IMG/VR virus record: IMGVR_UViG_3300045988_114486
Location: 1-35,416 of that record
Reading direction: 5' to 3' (one strand)
Source: a virus
Length of the DNA: 35,416 bases
A program made the position numbers and the translations under genes. Position 1 is the first letter of the stretch; every line of letters starts with the position of its first letter. Below are positions 26,604 to 32,800 of the stretch, piece after piece. The notes under the pieces were generated by a model. The model ran no database searches and was not told where the DNA came from. It saw only the letters and a program-made list of their open reading frames with translations.

Positions 26604-27859
26604 GATATCAACTCCTTATTTATCTTAAATTTATCCGCCCATTCCCTGACAAAGCTACATGCATCATCTGGAGGGACTGCATTATGATTTGCTCTAAATT
26701 GTCGAATAACCTTATGTTTAAGTTCCAACGTATACAAAGGAACATCCGGTTTATCACTTAAACGTACAAACATGATTTCCGTATGTCCTTTGGACACCTC
26801 GTCTGCATAGGTTCTAACGCAATGGTTCAATACTTCAGATTCCTTCTTCAATTCAGCATTCGTTTTAACAGGACGAATCAAATACTTTCCGTTTGAGTAA
26901 CATAACTCAACATGCTTTTCGTAATTATCAAGTATCCCTTGTTCAAACCTGGCACCTTCTGTAGCGCGCATAGCCTTATATGCTGCACTATGTGCTTCTA
27001 CTAAATTCGATGGTGTTAGAACTCTATAAGACTTCATGTCCGCTCCAATCGTTTCCGCGAACTTCAAATAATCTTCGTAAATATTTATGTTCCAATCATC
27101 TATCTTCGATGCGTACTCCAATACTCGTGGACACATATACTTACGTATATGCTTGAAATTCAAATGTCTAATTTTCAATAACTCTTTTTCATTTGCCCAT
27201 GAATATTTCCTGCATAACATCAGATGCGTGTAATCCATCTTTGGAAGAAGCGGAACGAACTTACGATCAACTTTAAATATCTTATCCAGGCTCTTTTGAC
27301 TTAGATCAAGAACGCGAAGGCTTGAAATGAACTGACTCAAATCTGCCTTCACTAAATATTCGATTTTAGGTTCTTTACGATAAGCACACACGTATTCAAA
27401 AAAATCTAATCCTGATTGATTCAATTCAGACTGATACTGGCAATACGGAATATTCAGCAGCTTGATCCAGTCTTCAACTGAGTACATCCTCAACGGATAG
27501 AAATTCAATTTGCTGTCACTGATCCAAAACTTTAAAGGATAATCGAAATCAACCCTTTTACCAAACATTCCACAATACAGATTGCCAACCAAAAACTTCC
27601 TTTCGCCTTCTATGTATCGAGCCACTTCCTGGATTTTCAGTTCTACTGTATGATTCGGATTCTTGAACAATTGAAATCCAAATATTCGCTTTAATAGCTT
27701 TCCGTAATACATTTCTAGGGTTTCGACAAAATAAGTTCGGTTATAAGCCTCTTTTGCAAGCCATAAATCCATTTTTGAAAAAATAAACTCTTCAATGCCT
27801 TTTGGCCATGTGAGCTTCCTTGTCTGCAATCTCTCTAAAATAGACTTTCCTGCTTCCAT
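26600..27859 (-). CDS. PcfJ-like protein
   Basis: C-terminal ...ESEVLNHCVRTYADEVSKGHTEIMFVR....PLYTLEL....IRQFRANHNAVP fits the PcfJ-like family pattern. It is paired with a PcfK-like gene, as on pCF10-type elements. Confidence 0.65.
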   Translation of the reverse strand: MEAGKSILERLQTRKLTWPKGIEEFIFSKMDLWLAKEAYNRTYFVETLEMYYGKLLKRIFGFQLFKNPNHTVELKIQEVARYIEGERKFLVGNLYCGMFGKRVDFDYPLKFWISDSKLNFYPLRMYSVEDWIKLLNIPYCQYQSELNQSGLDFFEYVCAYRKEPKIEYLVKADLSQFISSLRVLDLSQKSLDKIFKVDRKFVPLLPKMDYTHLMLCRKYSWANEKELLKIRHLNFKHIRKYMCPRVLEYASKIDDWNINIYEDYLKFAETIGADMKSYRVLTPSNLVEAHSAAYKAMRATEGARFEQGILDNYEKHVELCYSNGKYLIRPVKTNAELKKESEVLNHCVRTYADEVSKGHTEIMFVRLSDKPDVPLYTLELKHKVIRQFRANHNAVPPDDACSFVREWADKFKINKELIS

Positions 27860-28206
27860 TCCGATTCTTCTTTCTTAGGCTTTTTCTTTTGATCAACACT
27901 CTTTTTAACGATTGCCTTTGCAGATTCAAGATTTAAACGTGAAGGCTGTTCTTCATCACCACCAACGTCTTCTTCATCGTAGTAATGAATGGCCAAACCA
28001 AACACTTCTTCATCACTGATGATTGCACAGTTTTTCACTGCCTTCTTTTTAGCTTCAGAAACAATGTAATTCCACATTCCGTCGACAGACTTCTTAGGAT
28101 TATCCAACTTCGAAACCATGTCATTACGTGACATCAAATATTCACAGATTATTTTCAATCCTTGATTCTGTTTGATTGCCTTATATTCATCTTCAAATTT
28201 AGACAT
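27835..28206 (-). CDS. PcfK-like protein (family that includes Cas9 inhibitor AcrIIA9)
   Basis: ...SDEEVFGLAIHYYDEEDVGGD..., a basic KKKPKK tail and a terminal ...QESLF match the PcfK-like proteins I recall (DDEVYSMAVHYYDEDNIDVG ... QPSLFD). Confidence 0.65.
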   Translation of the reverse strand: MSKFEDEYKAIKQNQGLKIICEYLMSRNDMVSKLDNPKKSVDGMWNYIVSEAKKKAVKNCAIISDEEVFGLAIHYYDEEDVGGDEEQPSRLNLESAKAIVKKSVDQKKKPKKEESEWKQESLF

Positions 28207-28215
28207 ATAGACCTC

Positions 28216-29325
28216 CTAGTATGTCTTTACAGGCACAAGCACACTCATCAACTTTAAAACATCGCACGAACCACGAACAATCAATGGCTTTCCAATTCCT
28301 GGAGTCGTAATCTGAACTTTTTCAGAATTAATGACGTCAAGTGCATCTCTTAAATACTTTCCATTTAAATTGAATTCGATTGGATCCGACATCAATTCAA
28401 CTGTTTCAAGCTCTTCATATGTTTCTCCAATCATTTCAGACTTTGAATCAACATGAGATTCTTCTGTACCAAACGACAAATGTACAATTTGCTTCCCATC
28501 AGATTTCACGAAATCACAACGTTTGATTGCTTCTAATAATTCATCCTTATCCATTTCGACACAATACGAACAAGATTTTGGAATGATTCTGGAGACATCC
28601 GGATATGTTCCATTTAAAAGCTGCGACTGATACATCATATCGTTTGTTTTAAATTGAATTTTTTTCTCGTCATAGAAAACAGAAACCTCATCATTGAATG
28701 TTTTCAAAAATTCCACACAAGCCTGTCTAGGAATCGTAATACTGGTATCCTTGCAATCCATATCAATAAATGCATATCGATTCATTCGATACGAATCAGA
28801 ACCAACGATTGTAACCTGGCCATCGTCCACACTTAAATGAATGCCTGTAAGTATTGGACGCGATACTGCAACCGGTCCTCCACTGGCTATACAGACCAAT
28901 GCTTTTTCGAATGCTTCACGCAACGTTTCAATTGGACAATATAACTTGTTTGCCGGTGTATTTAAATCGATTTCTGGATATTCTCCAATATCTGTACAAG
29001 TAAGTTTGAATTTAGCCTTACCACACCTGATGTGCATTAAATTATCCGTGCAATCCACTTCTACTGTTTGGCCAGACACTTTTCGAATGATCTCGCTAAA
29101 ATATTTAGCATCCACTAAACACTGGCCACATTCTTCAATGCCAGTCTCCATTGGCAATGTCTGCTGCATTGAAGCAGTTCCATTGGATCCAGTAATCACA
29201 ATTGACTTTTCTTCTACACAAATCTTTAGGTTTGCTAACGCAGGCAATGGAGATACTTTATCGATTACCTTTGACACATTGTTCACTGCATTTAGCAATG
29301 TCTTTGTTTCTATATTGAATTTCAT
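28216..29325 (-). CDS. dnaN: DNA polymerase III beta sliding clamp (phage-encoded)
   Basis: MKFNIETKTLLNAVNNVSKVI...LANLKI......ITGSNG... with three-domain length. Start set at ATG 29325. Confidence 0.85.
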   Translation of the reverse strand: MKFNIETKTLLNAVNNVSKVIDKVSPLPALANLKICVEEKSIVITGSNGTASMQQTLPMETGIEECGQCLVDAKYFSEIIRKVSGQTVEVDCTDNLMHIRCGKAKFKLTCTDIGEYPEIDLNTPANKLYCPIETLREAFEKALVCIASGGPVAVSRPILTGIHLSVDDGQVTIVGSDSYRMNRYAFIDMDCKDTSITIPRQACVEFLKTFNDEVSVFYDEKKIQFKTNDMMYQSQLLNGTYPDVSRIIPKSCSYCVEMDKDELLEAIKRCDFVKSDGKQIVHLSFGTEESHVDSKSEMIGETYEELETVELMSDPIEFNLNGKYLRDALDVINSEKVQITTPGIGKPLIVRGSCDVLKLMSVLVPVKTY

Positions 29326-29336
29326 TTTCCTTTTCC

Positions 29337-30065
29337 TCACTCAATTAGATATTCATCAAACTTTTTTCCAAACAAAATGCTTGGCTTTAAATATGATTTC
29401 ATCACTGGATCAGCCTTCCATGCATCACATTTCTTTTCAATAACACATTTGAAATCCGCCAAGCTATATCCAGCATTCAATTTATCCTGAATCAACTTTC
29501 TAGTTAATTTGGCATCAGGAGAAAATTCTTTCTCTGTTTCAATGTTCAGAATTTCAATGATTGTTTTAATAATTTGATTTATTTCTAGTTCTTCGTCAGA
29601 AGAACAATATAAATTATTATTATTCTTATCATTCTTTATATTCTTTACATTATTGTTTGTTGTTGTCCGTTTGTTGTCCGTTTGTTGCTCGTTTGTTTTC
29701 TGCATGTTGTCCTCGTGTTGTTCGTTTGTTGTTTGCTTGTTGTCGACATTGGTAAAACACTGATAATCATCGTATTTTGTAACGATTATGAGCGTGTTTT
29801 GGTTTGTTGAGATTTTTTTAATCTCACCTGTTTTTTGTAGATTTTTTAGAGCTCTTTTTATTTGCTCAACGCTCAGTTTTGTTTCAGCGTTTAAACTAGC
29901 AAAACTCGTTATACACGAACCTCTTTCTATTTTCTTTCCCTGCCAATTGCGATCAACGTGATTTACTTTTAAAAGCAGATGAATAAACAGTCTGCATGTT
30001 GGGATGTCGTCATACCACTCCCAATCCACAATTTGGCGGAACAATTTAATATAGCCCTGTTCCAT
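29337..30065 (-). CDS. phage replication initiator (N-terminal wHTH plus C-terminal DnaD/Phg_2220_C-like domain)
   Basis: N-terminal YIKLFRQIVDWEWYDD...LFIHLLLKVNH. C-terminal ...IQDKLNAGYSLADFKCVIEKKCDAWK....YLKPSILFGKKFDEYL. A low-complexity linker separates them. Confidence 0.7.
   Translation of the reverse strand: MEQGYIKLFRQIVDWEWYDDIPTCRLFIHLLLKVNHVDRNWQGKKIERGSCITSFASLNAETKLSVEQIKRALKNLQKTGEIKKISTNQNTLIIVTKYDDYQCFTNVDNKQTTNEQHEDNMQKTNEQQTDNKRTTTNNNVKNIKNDKNNNNLYCSSDEELEINQIIKTIIEILNIETEKEFSPDAKLTRKLIQDKLNAGYSLADFKCVIEKKCDAWKADPVMKSYLKPSILFGKKFDEYLIE
29654..29741. repeat. eight tandem 11-bp repeats (consensus GTYCGTTTGTT), candidate origin iterons
   Basis: Units: TGTTTGTTGTT, GTCCGTTTGTT x2 (perfect, 29665-29686), GCTCGTTTGTT, TTCTGCATGTT, GTCCTCGTGTT, GTTCGTTTGTT, GTTTGCTTGTT. 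The period is not a multiple of 3. Confidence 0.6.
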
Positions 30066-30070
30066 AGGCG

Positions 30071-30241
30071 TTACTCCTGAGCTATTGGAAATCCATTGAA
30101 GTCCTTGATTTTCACAAGTTTATAGCTTAAGCTCTCCCGTTTAACATTCAATAAATTAGCCAACTCATTAGAGCTCAGAGTTTTAATTATTTCTGAATAG
30201 TCTTTACTGACTAAATAATATGTTTCCTCTCTGGTACTCAT
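30071..30241 (-). CDS. 56-aa HTH-like small protein preceding the replication initiator
   Basis: Below the track cutoff. AAGGAGA SD. Product: MSTREETYYLVSKDYSEIIKTLSSNELANLLNVKRESLSYKLVKIKDFNGFPIAQE. Its stop is 5 nt before the next start. Confidence 0.55.
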   Translation of the reverse strand: MSTREETYYLVSKDYSEIIKTLSSNELANLLNVKRESLSYKLVKIKDFNGFPIAQE

Positions 30242-30265
30242 ATTTTTTCTCCTTGCTATTTCTAT

Positions 30266-30438
30266 CTCGAATCCTGCAACCTAGATACCACAATCCGCGT
30301 AAACATTGTTTTAAAGGAGAATAAGTTACAGAAACAATCCATTAACTTTTTTTGACGTGCTAGAGCAAAAATACATTATGTAGAAAGCGAGTGCGGATCA
30401 CGTCGATTTGTGATGATACCCAGGTTGCAGAACCCGAG
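30266..30438 (-). repeat. long imperfect inverted repeat forming a 26-bp stem only in the minus-strand RNA
   Basis: Arms 30266-30291 and 30413-30438 give 19 Watson-Crick pairs. All 7 mismatches are A/C on plus, which means G-U on the minus-strand RNA. An inner hairpin lies at 30304-30338. Confidence 0.6.
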
Positions 30439-30503
30439 AAAATAATTTATAATTTAGTTGTTATTTTTTGATTGGCCACTTTCCTTTGAAGTGGTCTTTT
30501 TTT
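30352..30503 (+). ncRNA. candidate ~115-nt antisense sRNA (promoter TTGACG-16-CATTAT plus intrinsic terminator)
   Basis: -35 at 30352-30357 and -10 at 30374-30379. Terminator GGCCACTT-N7-AAGTGGTC plus T7 at 30474-30503, with a G-U pair valid only on the plus strand. No ORF. Confidence 0.3.
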
Positions 30504-30768
30504 ATGCCCTGCATGACTTACGCAGCTTGATCAGGTTATCCAAATAAGGTTGCAAGCCTAGAACATTGATTACTTTAGTTGTTGGCCATCCAAAACAATT
30601 GGATTCAACACCAAGCTTATTCAACTCTGTTTTAACAGTTGCACTGCAACATCCAATAATCTCTGCCAAGTCTCCCTGCGTAATATATGCATATTTTGTA
30701 AGCTTCTGGATCTTATCCTCAACTTCTGCATCGTATTCCTGACGAGATACAGTTCTGATATTCTTCAT
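30502..30768 (-). CDS. small HTH DNA-binding early regulator
   Basis: ITQGDLAEIIGCCSATVKTELNKLG looks like a helix-turn-helix. Confidence 0.55.
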   Translation of the reverse strand: MKNIRTVSRQEYDAEVEDKIQKLTKYAYITQGDLAEIIGCCSATVKTELNKLGVESNCFGWPTTKVINVLGLQPYLDNLIKLRKSCRA

Positions 30769-30780
30769 AGAGTCTCCTTT

Positions 30781-31026
30781 CTAGATTCCAATAGAGCGGA
30801 TTGTTGTACATACAAATGCAGTACCAATCACACATCCAATCACTAATACAACGCTCACAAACAACATCCAGTTTGCGAAACGCTGCTTTCTGCGCACTGC
30901 CTTTTCTCTTTTATCCAAATCCGCATAAACATGCATCATCTTTGTATACTCTGTAGCATGTCCATTGTTTGCAAATGGAGACAATTCAAGTTCTTTTTCT
31001 TTAGTTTTAGTTTTTGTGGTAGCCAT
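30781..31026 (-). CDS. small tail-anchored membrane protein
   Basis: C-terminal TM segment WMLFVSVVLVIGCVIGTAFVC. Confidence 0.5.
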   Translation of the reverse strand: MATTKTKTKEKELELSPFANNGHATEYTKMMHVYADLDKREKAVRRKQRFANWMLFVSVVLVIGCVIGTAFVCTTIRSIGI

Positions 31027-31074
31027 ACTTTTTATCCTTTCTATGATATGATTAGTAAAAAAGGAGTACTAATC

Positions 31075-31572
31075 ATGCAATTACTTACTGATGAACAATT
31101 AAAACAATTGAAATATTTAAACGACCATAGCATTGAAGCTTATGGTTTACCCAAAGAAACACTTGCCTGCATTAAATATCTAATTACCAAAAACTATGTT
31201 AAACACATTGCTTCACAAGACGGCCCAGGATTATATTCGATAACTGAAGCTGGCAAGAGTTATTTGACCAATCATGGATTCGAAATAACGAAAATTAAAT
31301 CTTTAGAAGAACTACATGATATAGTCGAGTCTTTGCAACGTGATAACGAAATCATGGAAAAACATCTTGAAGAAGTTCGTGAAACAAATAAAGCATTGGA
31401 ATCTAGAAACGATACCCTTCAAAAGCAGGTTGAAGAAATCAAAGAAATGAACAAGATCTTAAAAGAAAGTTCTGAATCTTCAAGTAAATATTCAAAAAGA
31501 GCCATAATTATTTCAGCTATTAGTGCAGTAATAACAATAGTCCAATTATGTATCCAACTAATATCACGATAA
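31075..31572 (+). CDS. plus-strand moron-like gene: wHTH-like N-terminus, coiled coil, C-terminal TM anchor (165 aa)
   Basis: Start moved to ATG 31075 (AAAGGAG SD 7 nt upstream). LYSITEAGKSYL resembles a wing. Heptad region LEEVRETNKALESRNDTLQKQVEEIKEMNKIL. TM segment AIIISAISAVITIVQLCIQLI. Confidence 0.65.
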   Translation: MQLLTDEQLKQLKYLNDHSIEAYGLPKETLACIKYLITKNYVKHIASQDGPGLYSITEAGKSYLTNHGFEITKIKSLEELHDIVESLQRDNEIMEKHLEEVRETNKALESRNDTLQKQVEEIKEMNKILKESSESSSKYSKRAIIISAISAVITIVQLCIQLISR

Positions 31573-31729
31573 CCGCTAACGATAACGCATTCGCTGCAGT
31601 TTTCAAGTTTTTGATAGTAGACATCATAAGCTTCTCATTTTCAATAATACCTTGAATACTTTGTCCGATGAGGTCTACGCTTACTTCAAGATTCTCTACA
31701 TCTTTATTTATTTTTTCATTTTGATTCAT
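31520..31729 (-). CDS. 69-aa tail-anchored membrane protein (early)
   Basis: AAAGGA SD. C-terminal TM segment LSLAVIVILVGYIIGLLLLL. Its 3' end overlaps the 31075..31572 gene by 53 nt on the opposite strand. Confidence 0.45.
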   Translation of the reverse strand: MNQNEKINKDVENLEVSVDLIGQSIQGIIENEKLMMSTIKNLKTAANALSLAVIVILVGYIIGLLLLLH

Positions 31730-31764
31730 AATTTTTCCTTTCTATGGTAGTTATTTTTAAATCT

Positions 31765-31793
31765 AAGAAGGTTAAATAAGGCCTTCTTTTTTT
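31765..31793 (+). terminator. plus-strand intrinsic terminator inside the minus-strand early region
   Basis: AAGAAGG-N10-CCTTCTT stem running into T7. On the minus strand it has no U-tract. Confidence 0.55.
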
Positions 31794-31933
31794 AATGCCA
31801 AACAAATTGCCTTGCTTCTACAAACTTCAATCACCTGCTTTAAATACTCAATATCATTACAATCATTCAATTTCTCTAGAAATGTTTCTCTTTCAACTGG
31901 ATTAAGCGATTCGCAAAAGTTTTTGTTTTCCAT
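31772..31933 (-). CDS. 53-aa hypothetical early protein
   Basis: Below the track cutoff. AAAGGAGAA SD. Product: MENKNFCESLNPVERETFLEKLNDCNDIEYLKQVIEVCRSKAICLALKKEGLI. Confidence 0.5.
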   Translation of the reverse strand: MENKNFCESLNPVERETFLEKLNDCNDIEYLKQVIEVCRSKAICLALKKEGLI

Positions 31934-31981
31934 AATGTGTTCTCCTTTCTGTGGTAGTTATTGGTAGTACTATTAATAAAT

Positions 31982-31997
31982 GTTTAACACGTTAAAC
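31982..31997. promoter_or_regulatory. operator copy O4, GTTTAACACGTTAAAC
   Basis: Same 16-bp palindrome as in the switch region. It overlaps the cro-like stop codon. Confidence 0.5.
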
Positions 31998-32192
31998 TTT
32001 ATCTGTAAAAAAAATTTGCTCGACTTTCACATTTAATGCTTTGGATATTTTAAAAAGAGTATCTGTAGTGGTATTCGTTAAAGATCCACTCTCTAAACGG
32101 GCAATTAAATTTTGTGAAACCCCTGATTTTTGAGCTAATTCAGCCTGAGATAAATTTTCTTTTTCTCGCAATTCCTTAATTTTGAATCCCAT
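31992..32192 (-). CDS. Cro-like XRE-family HTH repressor
   Basis: Start set at ATG 32192 (AAAGGTGGTG SD). LSQAELAQKSGVSQNLIARLESG looks like an HTH. Divergent from the cI-like gene. Confidence 0.8.
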   Translation of the reverse strand: MGFKIKELREKENLSQAELAQKSGVSQNLIARLESGSLTNTTTDTLFKISKALNVKVEQIFFTDKV

Positions 32193-32223
32193 CTCAATCA
32201 CCACCTTTCTTTTGTACGCTTGA

Positions 32224-32318
32224 AGTTTAACATATTAAACATCGCAATTCAATAGTTTTGTTTAAAATATTAAACTTTTTTCTTGCTAAAATGGTTTAAT
32301 TTGTTTAATATATTAAAT
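32224..32318. promoter_or_regulatory. genetic switch: divergent promoters plus operators O1-O3
   Basis: O1 32225-32240 GTTTAACATATTAAAC, O2 32260-32275 GTTTAAAATATTAAAC, O3 32303-32318 GTTTAATATATTAAAT. Leftward promoter: TTGAAT (32247-32252) -17- TAAACT (32224-32229). Rightward promoter: TTGCTA (32283-32288) -17- TAATAT (32306-32311). Confidence 0.65.
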
Positions 32319-32351
32319 GAAGAATAGAATAAATATATAGGAGAATATTAA

Positions 32352-32741
32352 ATGAGACTCGGAGAAATTATTAAACAATATAGAATAGAAAACAATTTAA
32401 CTACTGCTGAACTTGCTTCTAAATGTAGTCTAAGCAAAGGGTACATTTCAATGTTAGAAAACAATTTTAAACCTTCTGGAAGAAAAAAAGACATTACTCC
32501 ATCTATTCAAGCGGTCAAAAAACTTGCGAACGGTACCGGTATCGAATTCGATGTATTACTTGCTTCGATTGATGGTGAAGTATCTTTAATACCAACAAAA
32601 GAAGAATCTCTTGAATTTATCCTTACTCCCCATGAAAAAGAACATCTTACTATTTATAGATCACTAGATGACAAAGGCCAGCACACAGTGGATACAGTAG
32701 CTCAGATGGAATACGAAAGAGTTAAGAAGGATAATAAGTAA
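32352..32741 (+). CDS. cI-like XRE-family repressor (no S24 peptidase domain)
   Basis: LTTAELASKCSLSKGYISMLEN looks like an HTH. Divergent from cro. AGGAG SD. Confidence 0.8.
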   Translation: MRLGEIIKQYRIENNLTTAELASKCSLSKGYISMLENNFKPSGRKKDITPSIQAVKKLANGTGIEFDVLLASIDGEVSLIPTKEESLEFILTPHEKEHLTIYRSLDDKGQHTVDTVAQMEYERVKKDNK

Positions 32742-32800
32742 TTTAGGTATGTAATTATATCTGGATTTTGATTATAGAGAAAAATAAAACGAGGAGGGGT

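Noticed and set aside
28841-29443. 200-aa plus-strand ORF, the longest antisense ORF
   Set aside because: It is entirely antisense to the clear dnaN gene and the end of the initiator gene. It has no SD and no recognisable motifs.
29654-29741. Tandem repeats as a mini-CRISPR array or a simple low-complexity protein repeat
   Set aside because: There are no spacers, because the units abut directly. The unit is 11 bp, which is too short for a CRISPR repeat. The period is not divisible by 3, so this is not a peptide repeat.
30262-30292. tRNA-like 3' end (TCGAATCCTGCAACCTAGATACCA), suggesting a tRNA fragment or att site
   Set aside because: There is no complementary 5' T-stem, no acceptor-stem partner and no D or anticodon arms upstream. 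The segment is instead one arm of the 26-bp inverted repeat.
30931-31074. N-terminal 48-codon extension of the 31075..31572 ORF as drawn in the track
   Set aside because: The extension is antisense to the 30781..31026 gene, gives a Phe/Cys-rich nonsense-like sequence and has no SD. The internal ATG at 31075 has a strong AAAGGAG SD.
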